A stretch of DNA of 63,977 nucleotides, the filler included, from Atractiella rhizophila (taxonomy: Eukaryota), in assembly GCA_021432655.1 (NCBI GenBank). It is 10 parts of 10 records of this genome, joined end to end, with 100 filler letters (N's around TTAATTAATTAA, not from the genome) between each part and the next. Parts side by side here need not be neighbours in the genome. Positions count along the whole stretch, not along the records: positions 1 to 8,007 come from MU272178.1; positions 8,108 to 16,110 come from MU272179.1; 8 more parts are not named here. One strand, 5' to 3'. The notes under the pieces are model-generated. The model was not told the DNA's origin and did no database searches. It was given only the letters and a program-made list of their open reading frames with translations. This document shows positions 1 to 10,570 of this stretch, piece after piece. Both the position numbers and the translations under genes were made by a program. The stretch's first letter is position 1. The number at the start of each line of letters is the position of its first letter.

Positions 1-1121
1 CAGCCAGGATCCTGTTCCTGACAGAGGCAGGGTTGTACCCTAGGTGCCCAGGAGGCAAGGATTCAGCCTGGATCTCATTCCTGAAACAGCCAGGGTTGAA
101 CCCTAAAGTACCCTTAGTAGCTGCGAAGTGCAAGATAACAATGAGTATATGTTGCATTTAGTATGTAAGGAAACTACATTACCTGCGAAGTGCGAGATAA
201 CAATGAGTATAAGTCTCGCACTTGCAGGTTTACAAGCTTTTATAACAGAGAGATCCCTGTGGCAAAAGATTGGCCACAGTTCCAGAAAGTGCTCGAAGGA
301 AACGAAACGCGCAAGTGCGCAAGTGGCGAAAGGAGGAGGTGCACAGTTCTGTCATTCTCATTATTCAGCACCTTTCTCTGATAAAAGTGAATTGCCCTGT
401 GAGTGTGAGACCACATTCTTATTGGTTTGGTCTTGCACCTCACAGCCTCGCATGTCGCCGCTCTCTTAAACTTATCACACCTTCATCCCTAACCCTGAAG
501 GAATAATAGCAATGTCTATCTACACATTAGACTCCCTCTTGAAACCGTGATCATCCTTGTTAGCTTCTTTTCCTTCGAGTATGACGGACAAGTGCATGGG
601 CCTCGATGACTTAGCTTTAGCGAAGCGAGGCAAATTAAAAATACCTCTTCTGGTTGGAAACCCGGAAAATCTAGCATATGAATCCAAGCTTAAACTTTTA
701 AAAAGCTTTAAAATACAGGCTTGCAGGTAAAGATATCACTAGGTCGGCGTCAAGCCAGCCATGCAAGGCTCCAGGGAATGAACACGAACACTGTACCTGG
801 ATGATTAAACTGGTAAATAACAAACAGACTGATCGTGAATATTCAATAATTTTTTTTTTTGGACATCTCGTAACACCACTGGACAAATTTGCACAGGTCT
901 GGATGACTGCCTAGCAGCGGGCATGACCCTCTACTATTGGTAAAATGATCCCTAGGTCAATGCGTAAAAAATGAATTTTGTGCAGCGTAGCAAATAAATG
1001 ATCACACTCACGCTATGGCTGCAGGACGTTTCCCCCGAAATTGGAAGCCGCGTCCGTGCGAGCAACCACCTTGACCAAGTGACATCGTTATTTGGCGAAC
1101 AAAGAGTTGAGGATGAAAAGC

Positions 1122-2330
1122 CTACCAACTGATTTGAACTGACCTCGTATAAAATCTATTGCATGGATCAGAAAAGAAACAGCCAGAGAGGGTGCTCTCA
1201 CTGTTACGGTCCGTTTGACTACTTGCTGATGGTAAGCACTCTTTTCCGTCGCAGCTGACCTCTACATAATCCGAACTAGTGTGCGGACCGATGGTGATGG
1301 GCCCATCAAGGCCTTCTGTCCCGCGGTGCCGCTCGAAGAGTTCTTGTTCCATCCAGATTTTTTTGGCTGCCTTGTCGAAATACAGAGTGTAGTCGTGTTT
1401 GAGCCGCTTAATTTCTAGCTGTTCCTCAGGCATGAGCTTCTTTCCTGCATTGTACTCATCACTGGGTAAGTTGGCGAATGTGAGCATCGAGTAACGCACT
1501 TTGGATAGTTGTTGTCACTCGACACTTTCTTTGCTTATGTGCTGGTCCCTCCACATAAGTCAATGCAAAACAGCTAAGAAAGAAACGTACCGTTTGTCAA
1601 AGCCATGTTGGCATTCGAACCTGTTGTCACACCGCTGAATTAGGCTGCTGTGCGACAGGATGGGGTAAGGCATACACGTGTTCCCGGATGGGGTGCCAGC
1701 AGGAGGGATGCCCACACCGCCGTCGTGATGCGGATAGGAATGGTCAACATGTTGACCAAGGCCATAAATGCCGCTCGGGGTCGGTTGTGGAAGGGGCCAA
1801 GAGGCTGAGTTATGTGAGGACAGGTCCGAGGTAGGAGGCAAATGGGGGGTGGAAAAAGTCTGATTGGTCGCCGCAACCGCACCAAGAGTAGATGGGACGT
1901 TCGACCCATCTGTGACAAGAATTAGGCTGCTGTGCGACAGGATGGGGTAAGGCATACACGTGTTCCCGGATGGGGGAGGGATGCCCACACCGCCGTCGTG
2001 ATAAGGATAGGAATGGTCAACATGTTGACCAAGGCCATAAATGCCGCTCGGGGTCGGTTGTGGAAGGGGCCAAGAGGCTGAGTTATGTGAGGACAGGTCC
2101 GAGGTAGGAGGCAAATGGGGGGTGGAAAAAGTCTGATTGGTCGCCGCAACCGCACCAAGAGTAGATGGGACGTTCGACCCATCTGTGACAAGAATTAGGC
2201 TGCTGTGCGACAGGATGGGGTAAGGCATACACGTGTTCCCAGATGGGATGCCAGCAGGAGGGATGCCCACACCGCCGTCGTGATGTGGATAGGAAGGGAG
2301 GACATAAATGCCCCAACGACTCTCTGCCAT
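1122..2330 (-). pseudogene. Hypothetical gene with internal 91-94 aa tandem repeats; in-frame TGA after a putative intron
   Basis: ORF 1560-2330 holds ~2.4 near-identical repeats. A putative 42-nt intron (GTACGT..TTGAC..GAG, ~1549-1590) joins it to DQHISKESVE*QQLSKV, which runs in frame into ORF 1122-1499. Confidence 0.4.
1637..2293. repeat. Tandem repeat with units of 282 and 273 bp plus a partial third copy
   Basis: GAATTAGGCTGCTGTGCGACAGGATGGGG recurs at 1637, 1919 and 2192; the units are almost identical apart from a 9-bp indel. Confidence 0.95.
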
Positions 2331-4518
2331 CTTCTCTCCCTGGGATTACTTCTCCAGGAAATTGGTTCGGGCAGGATTTGCCTTAAAAATGGCTCTTTGC
2401 ACTGGGTCGCCCAACAAATGCAACATTATAGTTGGAACATTTGCGGGTCCGGGTACGTTCAGTCTTCTTCGTCGAGCCTGTCCTTCTTCCTCCCGCCCTG
2501 CATAAACAACAGCCACATTCTAAGTGTTTGCAATGAAACTGTGCCTTTACCTGTTCCGTTCGGCAGACACCTATCTTCCATTTCGATGGCACGAAATCTG
2601 GTGCACGGCGCATCGCTAACGTACTGGACAGCGAGTAAGACCTCACATCTAGAACCTCTGCTTTGGTTCATGGGGCTGGTATATCGACTCCACCAAAACT
2701 GCAGTCTCAGTGCAAACAAGAAATCATCGGAAATCATTTGTGGAATAACCCACAACCGCAACACGGATCAAAGACTTGGTTGTCGATTTTAGCCTCTTTG
2801 TCCGAGGTGTATGTTGTCCTTTCGCACATCCGAGAATCAAAGACGAACGTGTCCATTCAAACTGAGTAGACTGGTCAAATGATACTAGGTATTGAATCAT
2901 AGTCCCAACAACGATCACAACATCGTAGCCGACTTGAGGAATACAGATACGGGAAGGTAACTCACCGTTTGTCGTCAAGATCTCTTCCGTGCTTGTATGT
3001 CAAGTCCCACTTCCCAAGTCTCAATTATGCCCCACTTCGACAATTTCATCCTCCCTTTCCTACCAACATTTCCACGGAGGGAGTGGTGTAGGGCGATAGA
3101 TAGGGATTAACATTTCTCAGTCTTACTGGACGAGTTGTACAAAGCACATCAAGGAGACCTAACACAAACCACAATCAATGAATTTGTCGAGACTTCATAT
3201 TCAACACAATTCCACCTACGCCTTCCACAACGAGTCCAAGAACAATTCCGCGACACTCAGATGAGTGTCGCAATTGTGATCATGCTAACGATGTTGTTCC
3301 TCGGATCACGGCGAGTTCCAACCAAGCTGGCTTCTCCTTCGCAGAACAGAGTCAGTTGCCTGATGATAGGTAGCATGGATGTACTGCTAGTGTGGAGAGA
3401 AAGGAGGCCGGCGGTTTCTCGCTGTGGTGCACTTCGTAATGAACAGCCTAAACCACATCCTTCTGACGACAAAGAGCATTATGCCGATCACTACGAATCC
3501 TTCACCAGTTTCACTTACTAGCGTTGCCGAGCGGAGCGCGGAGGTAAGAAACAGTAGCTCACAGGCAAAGGTTTAACAGATTACGTACCGTACCTCGAAA
3601 GCCAGAGAGAACTCCAACTAGACAACGATGGCCGAGCCTGGTCGAGAATATGGAACGGTGATAGGAAAAAATGATGGTAACAGAAAGGTGGTGCTCATCC
3701 GAGGCGTAGTGCTAACCTTGCGAGCGGGAGGGGAGGGCGGCTGGATTCTGAGTGATTTTCTAAAATCTGACAAGAGTAAGCCCACGAGTGAAGCGTTCTT
3801 CGATTTGTGTCGAATGAGGACTGGCAGGTGCCACACCAGACATGGTCCAGTCCATTCGAATGCCAGAGATAAACCATCGAGAAGTAGGACGTGTTAAGCC
3901 AGGAGCACGACCAAAACCAATAAGAAAATCACGTGGTTACCCAAACGTGTTCCAGCACATGTATTCCGGACAGCCCGGCACCAGTGTCCAATCTGCAGGG
4001 CCAACATGGGAAAAATAGTGAAAGAAAGTAATCAGGAGTTGTGAGTCGACCGACGTAGGCGAAATACAAGATAAGGATGGAGAGCTGGTACGACTGACAG
4101 CAGCCACTTGAAGTCACAAACTTATGTCACGTGAGCTGCAGAAATGTGAGAACGGATGGGGAGTGTAACCTGAGCGACCCATTTTTAAACCTTTTGGTTG
4201 CATTTAAACCGTTTGGTGACTGTCGGAAGAAATGATCGGAAAGATTCTAAGAATCAAGGTTATCGCTCAAAAGAGCTTTCTCCTCTTGAGCTAATCTAGA
4301 GATCCTCATTGAGCAGCTTGCTCCTGAACGAATCTCGGGATCCGTATTGAGTCTGCGCAGCGAACATCAATGAGCGATCCATCCATGTGGGTGCAAACAA
4401 CTTGCTCTTCCCGGACGTGTGGGTTTCATTTTGGCTCACAAGTTCTAGGCTTCTAGCTACAGTAACTGCTGCGGCAAACGATGATGAAATTGAGTGTACG
4501 ACGGTGCTCCGCTCCTCA

Positions 4519-4770
4519 TTAAATGTAACCTTCCAATTCAATGCAATGATTGGTGGGTCCTCCGAAACTATTCTGTTCGTTTGGTTTGTTGCACTGATTC
4601 CGACTTCGATTGATGCAAATGTGTTTGTTCTGGGCGTTTGGTTTGTTCTACTGTAATGGTCTCAGCCAGTTTGCGGACCATTTTAGCAGACCAGTCGCCC
4701 AAGGGGGTCGGCGATAAAACTGACTGCAGATTTTCTCGAGATTGAAGCGCAAAACCATTTTTCGCTTGCC
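4519..4770. repeat. Partial copy of the repeat at 5410-5796 (direct part plus inverted part)
   Basis: 4570-4668 resembles 5460-5570 in direct orientation; 4683-4770 resembles the reverse complement of 5676-5796. Confidence 0.75.
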
Positions 4771-4969
4771 AGCCTATGCAGGTCTCAGCGAAAGTCGTTC
4801 ACGGGTCATTGACTCTAATGTGAGTCACGGCTTTGCCTGGGCTTTGCGCTGGATTTTGAAAACATAGCACAGAATTTGAGAAAGGTACAGCAAAACATAT
4901 AGACCACACCCAGACTTCGCTGGACTGTTTCTGCATACAAATAACCTTTCTGACGAGTTCTCTTATTAA

Positions 4970-5320
4970 GGAGGAAACAGCGGGAACGGTGCAAGCGTGC
5001 AATTCAATAGCAATAACACTTACAGTGAGAACATGGACAGGGACAACAGCGCGACTTCCGGTTACTACGCTACGACCGACTACGACTCCTCCATCAACAG
5101 TAACCCTGACCCTAACCAAATGTACCCAAGGATCACACCTTGGCTCCAACAGTCAACCTAGAGTAACCCAAGCTCTCTTTTTCCATCCTCTGTCGCCGAG
5201 GCTTGGCGATGCTGAGAGCTGTCAAGCATCGGATCTGACGGCGTGCCCAAAGTTCAAAATGAGGTAAATGAGGTTTAAAAGCACCTTGCCATCCCCAAAC
5301 ACTCTGTAAGACCTGCTTCG
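4970..5320 (+). mobile_element. Dispersed repeat; fragment of the element whose other copy lies at 28590-28890
   Basis: Matches the reverse complement of 28590-28890, e.g. GTTTAAAAGCACCTTGCCATCCCCAAACACTCTGTAAGACCTG and GACAACAGCGCGACTTCCGG. Confidence 0.7.
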
Positions 5321-5570
5321 GCTTCATTTTGGTTACAATTCTACCCAACTGCTGCGGCAAATGACAATCTGTGGGCGAGGGACAATTGGACATACAGTTG
5401 GTTCAGTTCGTTAAATGTAATTTATCGAGCCAATACAGTGATTGGAAGGAAATGCGTTTGTTCTGTTCGTTTGGTTTGTTGGTTCTAATTCTGACTTTGG
5501 CACTGATTCCGATTGTCAAATGCAGCAAATGCGTTTGTTCTGTTCGTTTGGTTTGTTCTAATGGTCTCAG

Positions 5571-5796
5571 CAGCAGAAGGGTCGCCGCAGGGGTCGGCGA
5601 TGTCGGGGTTAAGAAGTGGTCCAAAACTGGGCAAACTGGTCGCCCCCAGGGGTTTGCGTAAGCGGCCGGAGGCGTGCAAGCGAAAAATGGTTTTGCGCTT
5701 CAATTTTGAGAAAATTTGCAGCCAAAAAGCAGGTCAAAACTGGTCGACCAGTTTTATCGCCGACCAACTCCGACCCCTTGGGCGACGGGTCTGCTA
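5571..5796. mobile_element. MITE-like element with imperfect ~27-bp terminal inverted repeats
   Basis: Left end CAGCAGAAGGGTCGCCGCAGGGGTCGG versus reverse complement of right end TAGCAGACCCGTCGCCCAAGGGGTCGG; no TSD seen. Confidence 0.5.
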
Positions 5797-5800
5797 GACA

Positions 5801-7168
5801 ATGCCTTTAGAGAATGCACGCTCCACCATATTTGATGAATATGCCAATTTAACGGAGCTAACATGTCGAGCTTTCACTACCTTTCATGACTCCAGAAAAA
5901 TAGACAGCCTGAAACTTATTTTGAAAGTTTCAATTTTTCTTGCGAACATTTATCCCTTATCAGAAGACTCTCTCCTTGCAGCAAGTTGTGCAAGTCAGCA
6001 ATTCCATCCAAAAATGACGATAATGTTTGATACCCTGCTTTCTTTGGCAAGGGACCACACTAGGAGGTTAGCAGAAGCGACTCGACAGGTCATGCTCAAC
6101 ATCCTCAAGACCCTAGAGGAATCAGATGAACCACGCACTGAGGCCAGATCCATCGTTGCGCTTGGAAAAGTCTACCTTCATCTAGGAGAGACTAGGAATG
6201 CGATGGAAGCTTTCAATGGCGCAAAAGTCATCTTCTCCAAACTGGGACAAAGAAGCGACGAGGCAAGGTGCATTCTGGAGCTTGGGTCAGTCAACCTGAG
6301 ACTTCACCAGACCGAGAAAGCAAGGGAAGCATTTGAAACAGCCAGGGCGATCTTCTCAGAACTCGGGGAGCAGGGTGACGAGGCCAGGTGTATAGTCGAA
6401 CTCGCGACGCTAGACGTTCAGGTTGGGCAGGTGGAGAAAGCGAGCGAAGCATTCAAGACGGCCCACTCGACTTTGTCAAGGCTGGGAGACGAAAAACTCA
6501 AGGCAAAGTGCATTTTCGCACTTGGTTTGATTGACTCCGAACATGGGCAGTACGAAAAAGGGATTGAAGCACTCATTGACGCCAGAGATGTCTTCGCAGC
6601 AGCGCAAGATCGACTCAGCGAGGCTGCGTGCGTTGTTGAGCTTGGAGAGAATTATCTTGCGCTCTCAGAGAACGAGAGAGCGAAGGGAGAGTTCATGAAG
6701 GCAAAAGACATGTTTTCACAGTTGGGAGAGCGACACGGGGAAGCAAAGTGTATCTACGGGCTAGGAAGGGTTGCCTTGAAGTCTGGACAGAACGAGGACG
6801 CAAGGAATGCGCTCAACACAGCCAGAACCATTTTCTCGGAACTGGGCGAACGAGCAGATGAAGCATGGTGCATCTGCGAGAGTGGATTTGTCGACCTGAA
6901 GCAGAATAACAATAAGGCGAGAGAAGCATTCGATACAGCCAAAGCCATGTTCTCAGAGCTGGGAAACCGACTTGGCGAGGCAAAGTGCCTTGCTGGACTG
7001 GGATGCTTTGACGCCTTCCTAGGGCTGCACGAATTAGCGACGGGAAGATTCAATGAGGCTGCAGAGATATACGCCGAGTTGGGGCATCAACGCAACGAAC
7101 ATCAAACCCGTGAGTTAGCCAACCTCTATCATGGAATGCTTTTTCCAAAGAAGAAATCTGTGACCTAA
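5801..7168 (+). CDS. TPR-repeat protein (8 repeats of ~40 aa, of the type found in fungal NLR C-termini); start uncertain
   Basis: Intronless 455-aa ORF with the repeated motif LG.r.dEArCi.eLG.v....g..ekAreAF..A..iFs. Confidence 0.85.
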   Translation: MPLENARSTIFDEYANLTELTCRAFTTFHDSRKIDSLKLILKVSIFLANIYPLSEDSLLAASCASQQFHPKMTIMFDTLLSLARDHTRRLAEATRQVMLNILKTLEESDEPRTEARSIVALGKVYLHLGETRNAMEAFNGAKVIFSKLGQRSDEARCILELGSVNLRLHQTEKAREAFETARAIFSELGEQGDEARCIVELATLDVQVGQVEKASEAFKTAHSTLSRLGDEKLKAKCIFALGLIDSEHGQYEKGIEALIDARDVFAAAQDRLSEAACVVELGENYLALSENERAKGEFMKAKDMFSQLGERHGEAKCIYGLGRVALKSGQNEDARNALNTARTIFSELGERADEAWCICESGFVDLKQNNNKAREAFDTAKAMFSELGNRLGEAKCLAGLGCFDAFLGLHELATGRFNEAAEIYAELGHQRNEHQTRELANLYHGMLFPKKKSVT

Positions 7169-7189
7169 AGCCATAAGTAACTGGATGGA

Positions 7190-7530
7190 TGTCGTTATAA
7201 ACTAGGATAAAGCAATACTTGACTGGAAAGATATGGAATTGAAATACAGAAAATATTCCCACACCATGGTGGAGAATACGGGAATTTAATCAGCATTTTC
7301 CTGGAATGAGGCAGAATAGGATTCTTCACCGTGGAATGCTTTTATCGGAAATATCTGCGATGCAAAGCAGTAAGAAACGGGTTAAATTGTCGTTATAAAC
7401 TGGTATAAAGCAGTAACGGACGGGTTAGCAACTGGATTGAAAAACAGGAAATCACGGTGTAACAGGGTAGACATTCCTGGAATTGAGTTTAAACATTTAA
7501 TCTCTCAGCATTTCACTGGAACGGGGCGGC
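7190..7530. repeat. Diverged ~200-bp tandem duplication
   Basis: GTCGTTATAAACT..ATAAAGCA occurs at ~7191 and ~7390, each followed by CAGCATTT..CTGGAA. Confidence 0.6.
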
Positions 7531-7691
7531 AGAAATATTGACACGGTTTGCTCTCCGGAACGTGCTACTAGTACATTGAATAATGGAAACCTATTATCGC
7601 TATACGAAACGAGATCCCTGAATGCCATTTGCGCCATTCTTCGTTCTTTTCAATTCTTCTCGATAGGTTTAACGTGTATCCAAAACCCGCC

Positions 7692-8007
7692 CTAACCCTT
7701 CATTGAGCCACTAATCTGCTTTTCGGGGCAACATACCTTCGCTCTCCATACACCGGAGATATTAGATTTCCAGCTATTCTCCCTCCCCGTCCATCTCACC
7801 GTTCCCCTCTCTCCCACATCATCCACCTCCAACCTCTGTCCCTCCATCTTCTGCCCTTCTTTCATCCTGATATCCAACCTCTCCACATCAAATTCGAAAT
7901 TGAGTAATATCATCGTTATCGTGCTCAAGACCGCCGCAATTGCGACATGTCTACCAGCGCAATGAGTAGCCCCAGCTCCAAAATAGTAGAGGTCCTTTAC
8001 TCTTTCC
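7692..8007 (-). CDS. Cytochrome P450, 3' fragment (truncated by contig end)
   Basis: Minus strand reads LYYFGAGATHCAGRHVAIAAVLSTITMILLNFEFD, containing the FxxGxxxCxG heme-binding motif. Confidence 0.85.
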
Positions 8008-8107
8008 NNNNNNNNNNNNNNNNNNNNNNNNNNNNNNNNNNNNNNNNNNNNTTAATTAATTAANNNNNNNNNNNNNNNNNNNNNNNNNNNNNNNNNNNNN
8101 NNNNNNN
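8008..8107. other. Artificial 100-nt contig linker N/TTAATTAATTAA/N; also at 16111-16210, 24206-24305, 32294-32393, 40370-40469, 48439-48538, 56502-56601, 60648-60747 and 62730-62829
   Basis: Identical spacer with stop codons in all six frames; genes are cut at the linkers. Confidence 0.98.
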
Positions 8108-8849
8108 CGCTCCAACACAATCCGCCAGCCTTCGATCTGTTCGTCCCCTAAGCCGGTGCGGAGTTTAAGGGCCGCACGCTCCTTGCTCCGCCGCGTTTGC
8201 GAGTCTCGATTGAAGAGGGAGGGGTTAGACAGGTACAGGCTTTCGAGGTGTTGGTCGACGTCGGGTACGAGGGAAGCGCTCGATGCCTCTCCATCTACTC
8301 TCCCTTTCCCTTTCCCTTTCCGATTTCCTCCTTCGCCAGATGCGGGGTCGTCGTCCTCTTCGTCTTCGGATGGGGAGGACGAAAGAGATTCGCCTGGGCC
8401 TTGGACGGAGAAAGTAGAAGGAAACTCCTCGTCGCTCCCGAGGTCGTCATCGTACACCTTCCTCCCTCTCCCTCTACGCTCCTCCTCCTCCTCTTCCTCA
8501 TCGTCGTCGGAGACGGCTTCGGCAGCGGCTATTATTGACGCTTTAAGAGCGGGATCGAGGAAGTGAGATGTAGCTTGTAAGAGGTCTTCTTTCGTTCTAT
8601 ATATCGTGCGACACATTAGACAATGCGCCACAGGGTTAAAGTGGTGAAATAAGAGTAATGTAAAATGTAAAATGACTGACCTTGCGCCCCCTTTCTTCCC
8701 TGGCACTCGTTGTCCAGCTCCAAACATCGAAAAATCGAAACGTCCTCCATTCTCCTCTCGCCCCTTCTTTTCCCTCTCCACCTTTTCATCTACTGCATCA
8801 CCTCTCATCTTTTCTTCCTCCAACATACCCATTACCTCCTCTTCCTCCA
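8108..8849 (-). CDS. CUE3: CUE3/ASCC2-like CUE-domain protein, 3' part (5' part hidden in the mirrored segment)
   Basis: Contains the C-terminal motif LESLYLSNPSLFNRDSQTRRSKERAALKLRTGLGDEQIEGWRIVLE typical of fungal Cue3/ASCC2; probable in-frame intron at 8597-8680. Confidence 0.75.
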
Positions 8850-10112
8850 TCTTCTTGCCACCACACCCCTTCGGACTTATAGCATAGGGTCACTCAAGAG
8901 ACGCGAATATACTCTACGAGAAAAAAACTGCTAACATACGTCCGAAATGAACAGCCATCGAAAAAGCACGCATGCAAGTAGTTAGATAAAGCGGAACAAT
9001 CTTCGACGATTAAGTTTGAGTCGGTAGCCTGAGAAAACCATGCCGACCAGTCGCCTACGGTTTTGCGTAACCTAAGATGGATAGTAGCCAAGTCCATTTT
9101 CTAGCACGGAAAGAAGTAGTTTGTCGTAGATTGACTAAACTAAAGCTTTCCATATAAACCAAAACCCTACTACTGTTGAAACAATCAAGAACGAAGTGCG
9201 AACAAAATAACGAGTGCAACCAACTTATCAGATGGATAGGTTGAAATGGAACAGCTGTGAAAGGCTAAACGACGGAGACGATGTCGTCGGCGAAGACAGT
9301 CGGAACGCAGAAGTGAGAAGCCCCTACTTTAACTAATCACCGATCGAAAAGGCAAGAGAAAAGCCCGAAGCGAAAAGGGTGACACCCCTCTGTTCGACAA
9401 AACTCCGCAATCCTAACCCCCCCACCCTTGAGAAACGAGCGACCACGCACACCTACCTTACTTGCCTGTCTTGATTAACGATCCGGTCCAGAACGATAAC
9501 ACGAGCCGTAAGGTAAAGGGGCAAACCGAGAAGATAATACCTCTCTCCACCTCTCGCTCTTTGGCTGTTCTAAACACTGCTGAGTCAGCGATATAGCTTC
9601 CATAAACACTTGTCACACACATGCCGTTCTTCATGAATTCCTGTTGTCTCGCGTCATGTATGGTATTACGGTATTACGTCTGTGGTCATGATAAATACTT
9701 AAGACGATTGCAAATGTTCTGACTACAACGACACGTACGACGTGGACCGATCGAATAGCTCTGCGTTATGACTACGGAGTAACACGTCGTACGCGCTCTC
9801 TACAAGGGGAACGCCTACTACCTTTAGTACCTAATTTTTGATAAGATAGGAACGTTAAACATTTACTATCGAAGGGGAAGAAGTTTCGAAGATTGTTCGG
9901 AGGTTCCTGGTGAGCTAGAAGCGGAACAAAAGAAGGTTGAGCGGTTCCTCCACTAGGATCGATGCAAAGCGGTTAGTTGCGTCTGATGAAGGTGCTTCGC
10001 AGGAGCTGCGGCTCATCCCCGCTGTTGAGAAGATTTTTACAACGTGGGACGAGCAACATATTTTAGGTATTTTAGGTAGGTCCACATGAAAAACGTGCAC
10101 TACACTAGAGGA

Positions 10113-10481
10113 ACACCTATGCTACTGAGGAGGCATCTCAGTACCAAGGGCAGATGACGAAGCTATGATGAAACCCCTTAAGGGACAGGAAGGTTGTGGA
10201 GAAGAGAGGGGTAGTAAGAAGGGGAGTAACGTTGTAAGTCCAGTACGTAATCCACTAGGACATTACTAACAATATAGAGAGGAATGAGGTGATTAAGTAG
10301 AGAATACTAACAATGAAATGAGAGAACGTAGAAGCTACAAACAAATACCATAGTAACCATAAAGTACAAATATATTCCGGATAGCATGTCGATACATTTA
10401 AGTCTGAACAAGGGTCAGAGTTGAGCGTAGGTCGTGAGGGCGTAAAGATTGGAATTGGAAAGGCATATGCGGCATAAGTGT
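10113..10481. mobile_element. Solo LTR (369 bp) within the mirrored segment
   Basis: Read backwards it has TGTGAATACG...CGTATCCACA termini and flanking AGGA duplications (10109-10112, 10482-10485). An empty site with a single AGGA is present at 12398-12401. Confidence 0.75.
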
Positions 10482-10570
10482 AGGAGGGCTTTAGCTCAGT
10501 TGAGCAGTCCGTTTTCACGTAATAATAATGACTCTCCTATAGCAGATTGCGTTCTTGAGTCATGTCAATT

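Noticed and set aside
1..210. Short direct repeats (CTGCGAAGTGC.AGATAACAATGAGTAT at 121 and 183; CAGGGTTG..CCCT) as CRISPR or telomere-related
   Set aside because: Only two copies in a eukaryotic context and no TTAGGG array; probably TE subterminal repeats.
3027..4045. Possible + strand multi-exon gene ending in CPICR (RING-like)
   Set aside because: Stops interrupt the frames and I could not build a coherent model.
8008..8107. Recurrent TTAATTAATTAA as a biological repeat or CRISPR-like array
   Set aside because: Always embedded in Ns as a fixed 100-nt linker; synthetic.
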